A DNA stretch of 64,000 nucleotides from an uncultured Actinomycetes bacterium (GCA_963816155.1 CAWFJE010000002.1:130980-194979); one strand, 5' to 3'; shown: positions 40,312-49,293, numbered from the stretch's first letter. Notes: generated from the sequence alone by a model not told the origin. A program made the numbers and translations.

Positions 40312-40393
40312 CCCGTTCGTCTCACTCTCGCCACTAGGCTACCGGCCACGCTTGACCCGCTCAACCGGCTCAACCGGCTCAACCGGGGCGAGC

Positions 40394-43033
40394 CTACTGG
40401 CCTCCGCGCCGATCGGCCAGGTCGGCGAAGCGCGTGTAGTCCTGGATGAAGGCCAACTTGCAATCCCCGATGGGACCGTTCCTCTGCTTGCCCACGATGA
40501 TCTCGGCCGTGCCCTTATCAGGACTGTCGCGGTTGTAGACCTCGTCGCGATAGATGAACATCACCAAGTCCGCATCCTGCTCGATCGCTCCGGAGTTGTG
40601 AGTCACAAGCCCATCGGCCAACCAGCAGGAGGGTCCGGGCACCGTGAGATCGAAGACTTCCTCTTCTCCGTCCGGCACCACTTCCACGACGCTATCCCAG
40701 AAGAGATCGCTGGTCGCCTGATGTCGGAGCACCTCGTCATCGAGGAGTTCTGCGTACTCGAGCACGGTCGCCCGGGACGGTGAGAAGCCAAAGTGAGCAC
40801 CTCCCCCATACGAGGTGCCTCGCATGCTCGCCATCGCCCGCTGTGAGACGCCCTGCCGAGCCATGCTTGCCCGTGCGCGACTGAAGACATTGCAGGGCAG
40901 GGTATCCACATTGGTGTTCGAGCTGCCACCCTCGAGGGAGGCTCTAAGCGCAGCGGCGCCTTTGGCGCACGGCCCAAAGCCCCCCACTTTGTCCAAGAAC
41001 GACAACAGAGACTCTCGACCGGACACGTTGACCGTGAACCACGTGGAGTCGCCCTGCCTCGCGGTACGGATGCGCGCCACGACGCCCAAACGAAGCAACA
41101 GCGCGGCCACGTCGTCGGCCAACCCTCGACTGGCCGTAGAGAAGTGTACGCCCGCCGATCCACGCGCACCCTCGGGGCGCGGCGTGATGGTCCCGTCCGT
41201 GGCCCACAGATGGCGCAGAAGAATGCCGATCTGCCGATCATCCAGACAGAATGCCGTCGCGGGCAGACGCTTCTCCCGTGAGCGCTGGCCGAAGATGCCC
41301 AACTCACGCAGCCAGTGATTCACGCCTTGAGGGTGCCAACGATCACCATTTCCCGATAGCAGCAGCTGGAACCAGTTCCCCCGCCCGCGGTACCAGGTCA
41401 CCTTCAGGCCAAACTCCTGCTCAGCGACCGCCGCCACAAGTTCACCGTTCTCGACGCAACCAGTGGTGTAGCGCATCGGCTGCCCCGAGAGGTAACTTCC
41501 ATCGCCAATCAGGTGGCCGAGAAGCGCCACTCTACCATCGGACCACCGCTCGGTACTTGCCGGCTGCGGAAGCCGCCGCGCGAGCGCCACTCTATCGCCG
41601 GCGACGAGATCACCGATGGTGGTCCAGCCGTCGCCCCCCATGACTCGATGCTCGGCAGTCGCCCGCAGTCGCCGGCCACTCGCCGTGCGCAGCACGAACA
41701 CCGAGCGACGCCCCACCGACCACACTCGGTCGCTCCTGGCTTCGGTGAGACGCCCCTCTGCTGTGACCGCCACCACGTAGGGCTGCTCCCCCACCAACTC
41801 CCCGATGGGCACACGACGTCCGTCCGCCAGGCAGACCAGTGTGTCTCCCGTGACACACTCCCTAAGGTCGGACAACACCGGCCGGTTGCCGGCCCGCTGC
41901 TCCACCTGCCGGGAAAGCTGCGAGAGGGCCACGACCGGCACCTCCAACTCACGCGCCAGGATCTTCAAACCCCGGGAGATACGCGATATCTCCTGCTGGC
42001 GGTTCTCCACCCCCATGTCGCCCACCATCAGCTGCAGGTAGTCGACAATGATCAGACTGAGGTTCTTCTCCCTCGCCTTGAGGCGTCTGGCCTTGGCCCG
42101 GATCTCCATCAGATTGAGGGAGGCACTGTCGTCGATGAAGATCGGTGCTGCGTGCAACGGCGTGCAGGCCGCGGCCAGCTTGCTCCATTCCTGAGGCTGC
42201 AAGAGCCCCCTGTGTACGCGCCAACTGTTCACCCGAGCCTCGGCGCACATCATGCGGCGCACCACTTCCATCTTGGACATCTCCAGGCTGAAGATGGCCA
42301 CCCCTTTGCCCTGGTCCACGCTCACGTTTCGGGCGATATTGAGCACCAAAGCCGTCTTGCCCATGGAAGGACGGGCTGCCAAAATGACGAGGTTGGCGGG
42401 CTGAAAGCCGCTGATGATGCCATCGAGATCACGGAAGCCGGTCTGGCAGCCCACGGTGTGGTGCCCCTCGGTCATGGTGCGCTCGAGCTCGGCGAACTCC
42501 GCGCCGATCAGGTCGCTGATGGACTCGAACTCACCGACCACCCGATCCTCAGAGATGTCGAACACCATCTGCTCGGCCTTGTCGATGAGATCCACGGGCG
42601 TCTGCTCGCGCCTGTAGCCCATCTCCGTTATCTCGCCGCCTACGCGAATGAGAGAACGTAGCAGATAGTTCTCCCGCACGATCTCCGCGTAGTGACGGGC
42701 GTTGGTGGCCGCCGGGACCGAACTCGCCAGACTATGGACGAACGCCCGCCCACCGACCATCTCCAGACTGGCCCTATTGGCCAGCTCTTCGCTCACAGTG
42801 ATGGGATCGACAGGCTCTCCGCGCGAGAACAGATCCTCGATGACCTCGAAGATGCGCTGGTGCGACTGCCGATAGAAGTGCTTGGGCCGGATGATCTCAC
42901 TCACGCCCGGGATGACATTGGGCGTGAGTATGCTGGCGCCAAGCACCGATATCTCGGCGTCGACGTTCTGCGGGACTACCTGCTCTCCCCCGGGCGCCCC
43001 AAGCGGGCCGCCCCTGCTCGCCGGTGCTTCCAT
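40394..43033 (-). CDS. dnaB: replicative DNA helicase DnaB interrupted by a 421-aa intein (879-aa precursor; 458-aa spliced helicase)
   Basis: DnaB N-domain and RecA-like core (GFQPANLVILAARPSMGKTALVLN, Walker B IIVDYLQLM, SQLSRQVEQR...SDLRE | intein | SGAIEQDADLVMFIYRD). Confidence 0.9.
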   Translation of the reverse strand: MEAPASRGGPLGAPGGEQVVPQNVDAEISVLGASILTPNVIPGVSEIIRPKHFYRQSHQRIFEVIEDLFSRGEPVDPITVSEELANRASLEMVGGRAFVHSLASSVPAATNARHYAEIVRENYLLRSLIRVGGEITEMGYRREQTPVDLIDKAEQMVFDISEDRVVGEFESISDLIGAEFAELERTMTEGHHTVGCQTGFRDLDGIISGFQPANLVILAARPSMGKTALVLNIARNVSVDQGKGVAIFSLEMSKMEVVRRMMCAEARVNSWRVHRGLLQPQEWSKLAAACTPLHAAPIFIDDSASLNLMEIRAKARRLKAREKNLSLIIVDYLQLMVGDMGVENRQQEISRISRGLKILARELEVPVVALSQLSRQVEQRAGNRPVLSDLRECVTGDTLVCLADGRRVPIGELVGEQPYVVAVTAEGRLTEARSDRVWSVGRRSVFVLRTASGRRLRATAEHRVMGGDGWTTIGDLVAGDRVALARRLPQPASTERWSDGRVALLGHLIGDGSYLSGQPMRYTTGCVENGELVAAVAEQEFGLKVTWYRGRGNWFQLLLSGNGDRWHPQGVNHWLRELGIFGQRSREKRLPATAFCLDDRQIGILLRHLWATDGTITPRPEGARGSAGVHFSTASRGLADDVAALLLRLGVVARIRTARQGDSTWFTVNVSGRESLLSFLDKVGGFGPCAKGAAALRASLEGGSSNTNVDTLPCNVFSRARASMARQGVSQRAMASMRGTSYGGGAHFGFSPSRATVLEYAELLDDEVLRHQATSDLFWDSVVEVVPDGEEEVFDLTVPGPSCWLADGLVTHNSGAIEQDADLVMFIYRDEVYNRDSPDKGTAEIIVGKQRNGPIGDCKLAFIQDYTRFADLADRRGGQ
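40595..41857 (-). mobile_element. intein (Hint splicing domain + LAGLIDADG homing endonuclease) in the dnaB P-loop/RecA core, between ...SDLRE and SGAIEQDAD
   Basis: Starts CVTGDTLV (block A Cys; codon TGT at 41857-41855) and ends ...GLVTHN (codon AAC at 40597-40595) followed by +1 Ser. Two LAGLIDADG-like motifs (LLGHLIGDGSY, LRHLWATDGTI). The flanking exteins re-join into a canonical DnaB sequence. Confidence 0.85.
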
Positions 43034-43064
43034 GAACGCCCTCCCCCGGCAGAAACGGCCGCGA

Positions 43065-43526
43065 CTATGCTTTGGACTCCTCCGGGACGACCATGACCTT
43101 CACGTCCGCGGCATCCACGCTGTGGTGGATGGACACTTTCACCATGAAGGTCCCCACCGTCTTTATAGGTTCCTCCAGAGCCACGTTACGCTTGTCGACG
43201 CGGATCTTCCGGGCGGCGTAGATGGCATCGGCGATGTCTTGAGTGGTGACCGACCCGAACAGCCTGTCGGCGGAACCAACCGGTGCGGGAATGGTGAGCA
43301 CGGTCTTGGAAAGGAGGTCGCGCGTCTCGTCGGCCCGTTCGGCCTCACGCCGCTCCGCAGCCAGCTTCTCATCCATGACCTTGCGCACGTAGGCCACGCG
43401 CGCGGCGGTGGCCCGCTCAGCCAGCTTGCGAGGCAACAGGTAGTTGCGAGCATAGCCGTCGGATACGTTCGCGACCTCGCCCTTCTGTCCCAGTTTGTCA
43501 ACGTCTTGTAGCAGTATCACTTCCAT
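43065..43526 (-). CDS. rplI: 50S ribosomal protein L9
   Basis: MEVILLQDVDKLGQKGEVANVSDGYARNYLLPRKLA... Confidence 0.9.
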   Translation of the reverse strand: MEVILLQDVDKLGQKGEVANVSDGYARNYLLPRKLAERATAARVAYVRKVMDEKLAAERREAERADETRDLLSKTVLTIPAPVGSADRLFGSVTTQDIADAIYAARKIRVDKRNVALEEPIKTVGTFMVKVSIHHSVDAADVKVMVVPEESKA

Positions 43527-43545
43527 ATCTCACTCCTTAACTATG

Positions 43546-44523
43546 TCACCTCGAAGGGCCCGGGCGGGGGCTCTTGAGGGCGAACCTTCGGCGACAGTCC
43601 AACCATGTATCGAACAACCCCAGCAACCCTGTCAGCTGGAGGAAGACCTGGCCCAAGACGGCAGCCAGATAGAGTGCCGTCCCCGCTCCGCCCTGCACCT
43701 TCCGGGTATTCACATACCAGCGTACGATCGCCAGCCCCTGCAGGAAGAAGAGCGTCTGCGACACCAGCAACAGGTCGATCCCCATGAAGAGAGCGACCGA
43801 ATGCCAAACAGCGTCACCGCGCGCCAGCACTAGCAGCGCCAACCCGGCGATGGAGACGTAGGCCACGGACCAGTGGATACGGAACCTCGATAGCGCCATA
43901 TCCACTTCGACCTTGGTACGCATACGAGGAAAGAACGCGTAGGCCAGCCCGATGGAACACGCCGCCAGAAGTATCACTGCCATACCCAACAAGCCAGGGA
44001 CCAGATAGGGCAGTATGTCGATCAGCCGCCGCAACTGCTCCGCCGCCAGATCCGTGGTGGCGGACGATACGCCCATGCCTGCGTACGTGTCCTGTGCCCG
44101 CTCGATCGAGTTGAGAGCGTCTTCTCGCAACACGCTCAGAGTCAGACCCAGTTGCCACAGCAGCACACCCCAGAGCACGAGAGCGGCAAGAGTGCCCGAC
44201 GCGGTCGCGGCCAGCGTCTTCCCGAACGACCAGTGCCGACGCAACGCCTCTCCCAGCACGGCGCCGAGGCCGAGCAGAAGAAGAACGAGCACCGACGCCA
44301 TCCCCAGACCGGCCGCAAACCACACCAGAGCCCCGACCACCAGCGCCAAGAGCAAGCCCTGCCGCAGACTTCCAATAGCCACCAGATAAGCCGGCGGCAG
44401 AGCCAGGAAGGGGACGAGCACAGGCAGGCCCAGGGGCATGAACGACATGCACACACCTAGGATGACGGTGACGGCTGCCGCCTTGACGAAGCGCACTCGT
44501 ACCACCGAGGAAGGCCGATCCAT
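43546..44523 (-). CDS. DUF2232 (YybS-like) polytopic membrane protein inserted between rpsR and rplI
   Basis: 325 aa, ~8 TM helices. Position and architecture match YybS/DUF2232, which is encoded next to rplI in many Gram-positives. Confidence 0.6.
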   Translation of the reverse strand: MDRPSSVVRVRFVKAAAVTVILGVCMSFMPLGLPVLVPFLALPPAYLVAIGSLRQGLLLALVVGALVWFAAGLGMASVLVLLLLGLGAVLGEALRRHWSFGKTLAATASGTLAALVLWGVLLWQLGLTLSVLREDALNSIERAQDTYAGMGVSSATTDLAAEQLRRLIDILPYLVPGLLGMAVILLAACSIGLAYAFFPRMRTKVEVDMALSRFRIHWSVAYVSIAGLALLVLARGDAVWHSVALFMGIDLLLVSQTLFFLQGLAIVRWYVNTRKVQGGAGTALYLAAVLGQVFLQLTGLLGLFDTWLDCRRRFALKSPRPGPSR

Positions 44524-44537
44524 GACCGGGGCGACTC

Positions 44538-44795
44538 TCAGCGGCTGCTGTAAGGAAGCAGCGCGACCTCACGAGCCCGCTTGATGGCCAAAGCCACCTG
44601 CCGCTGATGACGGCGGCATGCACCGGTGGTGCGCCGGGAACGGATCTTGCCACGTTCGGACATGAACCTGCGCAGCGTGCCGAAGTCTTTGTAGTCGACA
44701 CACTCGACGCCTTCTTTGCAGAAAAAGCAGTACTTGCGCCGCCGGTTGCCGGTCGTCGGTCTGGTGCGACGCGTCTGCTTCTTGGGATTCGCCAC
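44538..44795 (-). CDS. rpsR: 30S ribosomal protein S18
   Basis: [42 protein letters not shown]. Confidence 0.9.
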   Translation of the reverse strand: MANPKKQTRRTRPTTGNRRRKYCFFCKEGVECVDYKDFGTLRRFMSERGKIRSRRTTGACRRHQRQVALAIKRAREVALLPYSSR

Positions 44796-44820
44796 CTTGT
44801 TCTACCTCCTTGGAGAACGA

Positions 44821-45267
44821 CTAGAAGGGGATGTCGTCCCCCCCAAAATCAATATCACGAAAATCGTCTTGAGCGGCCGGGGTGGAAGCGTTCTGCGAAC
44901 CGCCTCGGAGAGCCGGTTCGCGGGTCTCGCCTCCCTGTCCGCCGATGAACATCACTGTATCGGCGACGATCTCGACCTTGCTGCGTTTGCCGCCGTCCTG
45001 CGCTTCCCAGCTGCGCTGATCGAGACGGCCGTCGACCGCCACCTGGCGGCCCTTGGCCAGATACTTGGCGCAATTCTCACCCTGGGTGCCCCATACGACC
45101 ACGTCGAAGAAGTTGGGCTTCTCAAGCCACTGCCCCGACGAGTCCTTGTACGAGGAGTTCACGGCCACTCCCAACTGGCAGACAGAGGTGCCGCTGGGCG
45201 TCTGCCGGAGTTCGGGGTCGCGGGTAAGGTTGCCCACCAATGTCACGTGTGCGATACCGCGAGCCAT
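44821..45267 (-). CDS. ssb: single-stranded DNA-binding protein
   Basis: MARGIAHVTLVGNLTRDPELRQTPSGTSVCQLGVAVN... OB fold; acidic C-terminal tail DDIPF. Confidence 0.9.
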   Translation of the reverse strand: MARGIAHVTLVGNLTRDPELRQTPSGTSVCQLGVAVNSSYKDSSGQWLEKPNFFDVVVWGTQGENCAKYLAKGRQVAVDGRLDQRSWEAQDGGKRSKVEIVADTVMFIGGQGGETREPALRGGSQNASTPAAQDDFRDIDFGGDDIPF

Positions 45268-45316
45268 GATGCGCTCCTTTGCCTAGGCTTCTTCGGGGGC
45301 CGCGGCCTCAGGGACC

Positions 45317-45710
45317 TCAGGGATCCTCAGGGGCCTCAGAGACCTCAGGAGCCGCGGGAGCCTCCGCGGCCACGGGGGACTCAGGGGCCACGGGGGCCGC
45401 GGGAGCCGCCGCGGGCTGCTGGAAGCTGAAGGGCTTTTCATGCTTGAGGGGCATGTAGCGCAGCACACTGTCGGTGATACCCAGTACGCGGGTCACCTCA
45501 TCGAGCGTCTTGGGCTGGGCCTCGAAGTAGAGGATGTAGTAGACGCCGTCGAGACAATCCTTGATCTCGTACGCCAAGCGTCGCTTTCCCCATTCATCGA
45601 TCTTCACGATGGTGCCGTTGTCACCCGTGATGATCTCTTTGGTGCGATTGAGCACCGCGTTTCGTTCTTCATCCTCAACGTCAGTGCGCAGGATAAGAAC
45701 CAGCTCGTAG
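45317..45710 (-). CDS. rpsF: 30S ribosomal protein S6 with Ala/Pro-rich acidic C-terminal tail; probable non-AUG (CUG) initiation
   Basis: Conserved S6 N-terminus (LNSYELVLILRTDVEDEERNAVLNRTKEIITGDNGTIVKIDEWGKRRLAY) lies upstream of the first ATG (45655). The frame is closed by TGA three codons upstream of CTG 45710, which sits 9 nt after GGAGGTGA. Confidence 0.75.
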
Positions 45711-45959
45711 CTGTTCAGTTTGGGTCACCTCCTACGGTCTAGGCGGCCCCGGCCACAGTGCCGGAGCAGGGGTGTGGTATGGAATTGTACTCGTGCCGCC
45801 GGACGGATCTTTCGATCAGCGACCTTGGGTGGCGCCACGAGCAGGGGAGTATACACCATGGAGGCGGCGCCGGGAGCATGCTCCCGGCGCCGCCTCCATA
45901 CCATGCGCCCCTCACCCTCGTATCAGCGCCGCGCCGATCTCGGGCCCTCCCCCGTCCGA

Positions 45960-47069
45960 TCAGCCTTCCTGCTCCGGGCGGCCGTCGGCCTCCGCCTCAC
46001 GCGCAACTGTGACCGCTGCAGCCTGGGGTGCAGTCGGCGGCACTCCGGCCGGCGTCCCCCATCCTTCGGGATAGGGCTGATATCTGGCAGCGTCACGTTC
46101 CCGGCGGCGACGGGTGACCGACCTCCAGATCCGGTACACGATGTAGGCGATGATGCCCAGCACGATAGCCACCGGCACCAGCACACCCAATCCACGCACG
46201 ATCGCGTTCACAGCGTTCACCAGATTGCGCACGGCGTCCTTCAGCGCCCCCACGAAACCCCATTCGGTCGTGGTAGCGATCACAGTCCCCGTCTCATACA
46301 TGGTGAGCGTCAGAGTCGAGAAGTTGGTGTGCTCATCGAGATAGCGAAGGCGGCCCTTGAGTTCTTCAAGTTGCTGCTGCGCACCGGTGAGCACCTGCTG
46401 CACCTGCAGGATATCGTCGACCGTCTTCGCCTTGGCAAGGAGAAGCAGGAGGGCCTTCACCTGCGCTTCGGAGTTGGCGATGCGGGCCTCCAGGTCCACG
46501 TACTCCTCTGTGACGTCCTGAGTCTGGATCTGCTGGTTCTTGACTTCGCCCAACTTGCCGGCATCGGCCAGCGCCCGGGAGAAGGAGGTGGCCGGAACGC
46601 GGATGGCGATGTTACCGCTCTTCATACCTTCCTCTTCGCCACCGGCCCAGGCTCCCGAACTGACGATGTAGCCGCCGTAGCGGTCGGCCAGTAATAGAGC
46701 CTGATTGAACGTGCTCTCGAAGGCACCGCTCTCGACCTCGATCTCCATCTGCGCGTCGCTGATGACCTTCTGGCCGGTCGTACCCTGCAACGCGACAAGG
46801 GCACCGCCCTGCACATCCGCGTCGCCTGTGTACTTGGCCGCGCTCTCGTCCGAGGCGAACGAGCCGTCGCCGAGAGGCGGAGAGCCCGCCCAATCTTCCG
46901 GCATAGCTGCGGCAGCCGTGGTCTCGGTGGCGGCCGCGATCGTAGTGGTGACCTCAGAGTCGTTGGCGGAGCAGCCCACCATCCCCAGCAGTCCCGCCAG
47001 CGTCAGCAGGACCAAGACGACCACCCCCGTGGATGCTGCTCTATGAGTCCCCGCCCTCATGCCCCTCAT
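45960..47069 (-). CDS. DUF4349 domain lipoprotein
   Basis: Lipobox LLGMVGCS; coiled-coil region IANSEAQVKALLLLLAKAKTVDDILQVQQVLTGAQQQLEELKGRL; C-terminal TM. Typical DUF4349 architecture. Confidence 0.6.
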   Translation of the reverse strand: MRGMRAGTHRAASTGVVVLVLLTLAGLLGMVGCSANDSEVTTTIAAATETTAAAAMPEDWAGSPPLGDGSFASDESAAKYTGDADVQGGALVALQGTTGQKVISDAQMEIEVESGAFESTFNQALLLADRYGGYIVSSGAWAGGEEEGMKSGNIAIRVPATSFSRALADAGKLGEVKNQQIQTQDVTEEYVDLEARIANSEAQVKALLLLLAKAKTVDDILQVQQVLTGAQQQLEELKGRLRYLDEHTNFSTLTLTMYETGTVIATTTEWGFVGALKDAVRNLVNAVNAIVRGLGVLVPVAIVLGIIAYIVYRIWRSVTRRRRERDAARYQPYPEGWGTPAGVPPTAPQAAAVTVAREAEADGRPEQEG

Positions 47070-47181
47070 GATGACCCCCCTGTCGAAGCCGTGTGGCCCC
47101 TCAGACGTGGTCGCACGATAGGGCGTTCCGACTCGCCGTCACCTCCGGACGATGTCCGAGGCTGCCTAGCGGTCGCGGCAG

Positions 47182-47742
47182 TCAGTCGACGAGGCTGTCG
47201 ATCGTGGCCGACAACTGATCGGCGGTGACAGCACCCGGGATCGTTTCCACGATGCGCCCCTCGCTGTCGATGACGACCGTGGTGGGCAGCACATCGACGC
47301 CATAGGCGCGGAAGACCTCATCGACGTCGAGCATGACCGGGAAGATGAAGCCCCCGGCTTTCATGAGAGCACTGATGGCTTCCTCGGAATCCTGCACCGC
47401 GAGGCCCAGAAGCCCCGCTCTTTCGTTGTTCTCTCGATAGAACCTATCGAGTTCGGGCGCTTCCGCCCTGCAGCCGCTTCACCAACTGGCAATGAAGGCG
47501 AGTACCAACGGCTTTCCCCGGTATTCGCTCAGAGATACGTCCACCCCATCGAGCGTCACCCCGCTGAAATCGGCAGCTTGGGCCGAGTCGGCTCCGGTGG
47601 TCACCGTGGTCCCCGCGCCGCCATCGGAAGACGAAGAACCACAACCGACGGCCCCGAGCACCAGGGCCAGGAGTAGAAGGGTGAACCCGGCGGACCACAT
47701 CACGTGGTGCGCGACGAGCCGATGTTCACGCCCGCGGTTCAC
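47182..47742 (-). CDS. TlpA/ResA-like thioredoxin-fold thiol:disulfide oxidoreductase lipoprotein, candidate selenoprotein (in-frame TGA at 47481-47479 at the first active-site Cys position: W-U-S-G-C)
   Basis: Track ORFs 47479..47742 and 47182..47397 are in the same frame and are separated only by a TGA. Read-through gives ...GKPLVLAFIASW[TGA]SGCRAEAPELDRFYRENNERAGLLGLAVQDSEEAISALMKAGGFIFPVMLDVDEVFRAYGVDVLPTTVVIDSEGRIVETIPGAVTADQL, a complete redoxin fold. The UGA aligns with the first Cys of the canonical WCxxC motif. Lipobox LVLGAVGCGS. Confidence 0.65.
47433..47478 (-). promoter_or_regulatory. SECIS-like element: two hairpins 10-46 nt downstream of the in-frame UGA (GGGCG-GAAG-CGCCC; CUCGAUAG-GUU-CUAUCGAG)
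   Basis: On the mRNA: UGA AGCGGCUGCA GGGCGGAAGCGCCC GAA CUCGAUAGGUUCUAUCGAG. The second is a perfect 8-bp stem with a GUU apical loop, inside the window where bacterial SECIS elements occur. Confidence 0.45.
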
Positions 47743-48605
47743 TTGCCACCCTTGCCGGTTCGGGCCGCCGTCTTGGAAGACTTAGCCGTCTTGGAGGACT
47801 TGGCCGTCTTGCCCGCTCCGACCCCGGCGACGGTCACGGGCGTGGGAGTCCCCGCGGTCGGCACCGGGCGCAGGCGACCATGGGTCTCGAAGTACCACAT
47901 GCCCCCGATACCGATGAAGAAGAGGGCCACGCTGATCCACTGTTGCTGGGTCAAGCCCCAGGCCACCGCGTCGTTGGTGCGCACGAACTCCACAAGGAAG
48001 CGTTCGACTCCGGCCAGCAGAAGATACGCGAACATCAACGGTCCCTCGCGCTTGAAGCGCGGGCTTATCACCCAAACCAGGAGGGCGAAGATCACAAGGG
48101 AGGCGGCTATCTCGTAGAGTTGGGTGGGATGCACGGCGACAGTGGTCGGCGGCAGGCCTTTGGGGAACGACATCCCCCAGGGAAGATCGGTGGGGACCCC
48201 ATAGTCGTCGCCGCGCAGGAAGCAGCCCATTCGGCCCACGGCGTACCCGATCGCCACGGCCGGCGCGCCCGAATCCATGACGGCAGCCAGTCTCTCTTTG
48301 GAGAGCTTCGTGACGATGACCACCGCCACTATGGCGCCGAAGAGACCTCCGAACCACACGAGACCTCCCCCGCTGAGGAGGTTACCCGGCCATTCGTCGG
48401 GGTGGATGATGAGGTAGTGGATCTTGGCCCCGAGCAGGCCGCCGATGACCGCGGCTATCAAGAGACCGTAGATGAAGTCGGGCCGCACCCCACGTTGCTT
48501 GAACTGCCAATGAGCGACGAAACCCGCGCTTATGAACGCCAAAGCCATCATCACGCCGAAGGAGTGCATCGTGAAGGGGCCTATGCTGAACAGTTCCGGA
48601 TACAT
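47739..48605 (-). CDS. lgt: prolipoprotein diacylglyceryl transferase with Lys/Thr/Ala-rich repetitive C-terminal tail
   Basis: MYPELFSIGPFTMHSFGVMMALAFI...GRMGCFLRGDDYG (Lgt signature). Tail KTAKSSKTAKSSKTAARTGKGGK is encoded by a tandem DNA repeat. The stop overlaps the redoxin start. Confidence 0.9.
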   Translation of the reverse strand: MYPELFSIGPFTMHSFGVMMALAFISAGFVAHWQFKQRGVRPDFIYGLLIAAVIGGLLGAKIHYLIIHPDEWPGNLLSGGGLVWFGGLFGAIVAVVIVTKLSKERLAAVMDSGAPAVAIGYAVGRMGCFLRGDDYGVPTDLPWGMSFPKGLPPTTVAVHPTQLYEIAASLVIFALLVWVISPRFKREGPLMFAYLLLAGVERFLVEFVRTNDAVAWGLTQQQWISVALFFIGIGGMWYFETHGRLRPVPTAGTPTPVTVAGVGAGKTAKSSKTAKSSKTAARTGKGGK

Positions 48606-48847
48606 CGCGCTCCTTCACCTCAAAGCGGATATCCCTACAGGGACACCCGCGAGAAGAGACTGCTCGTGTCGGGGGATTATCTCATGCACCTGGCCACGGT
48701 GCCCGAAGAAGGACACCACCGGCCCCATGATCGTTCCCGTAGAGACAGGTGACCCACCAAGAGAAGGCCCACAGGCGCCGAGGCGCCTGTGGGCCGTGAA
48801 GCACTCTATCGAGCGGCCGAGAGACCGAACTGGTCCCGTCAACCCGC

Positions 48848-49075
48848 TCAGCTGAAACCGGAGCGTGGGTTGCAGGAACTGCTGGGCCTACACGAACCCG
48901 TATCCAGGCACGCTCCCGAGACCAGTCCCGTCACCCCACCGAAGCCGGTGAACCGCTGTTGCACCTCGCGGCTGCCGCAGTCCGGGCACACCTTGGAGTC
49001 GTCTTTGAGGAAGCCCATGACGAAGACCTCGAAATCCTTCCCGCAAGAGGAGCAGCGCAAGTCATACGACGCCAT
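48848..49075 (-). CDS. FmdB-family zinc-ribbon putative regulatory protein
   Basis: MASYDLRCSSCGKDFEVFVMGFLKDDSKVCPDCGS matches the FmdB/CxxC_CXXC_SSSS signature. Confidence 0.7.
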   Translation of the reverse strand: MASYDLRCSSCGKDFEVFVMGFLKDDSKVCPDCGSREVQQRFTGFGGVTGLVSGACLDTGSCRPSSSCNPRSGFS

Positions 49076-49293
49076 CAGTCCTGCCCTCCCGCCTCATCAG
49101 CGAAGGGAGCCACACCGAGAGAGGCGAGTTGCTCTTCGATCCAGTAGACACTTATGGATGCAGGGGTCTTCACTTCGTCTCCCACCAGGACCGACGGCAT
49201 GCGCCCGTCCGCCACGGCCTCGACCAACTCCGGATACTCCTGCAGTTCCTCATCATCGACGTCGACATAACGCAGGGGCAGAATGCCATCCAT
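49075..49293 (-). CDS. hypothetical acidic small protein (72 aa), translationally coupled to the FmdB-like gene
   Basis: ORF whose stop overlaps the downstream start; no recognisable motif. Confidence 0.3.
   Translation of the reverse strand: MDGILPLRYVDVDDEELQEYPELVEAVADGRMPSVLVGDEVKTPASISVYWIEEQLASLGVAPFADEAGGQD

Noticed and set aside
41513-42661. 382-aa plus-strand ORF
   Set aside because: Antisense to the dnaB intein/helicase core; no similarity to anything; His/Arg-rich.
43814-44701. 295-aa minus-strand ORF
   Set aside because: Alternative frame overlapping DUF2232 and rpsR, both of which have clear homology; Arg/Gly-rich artefact.
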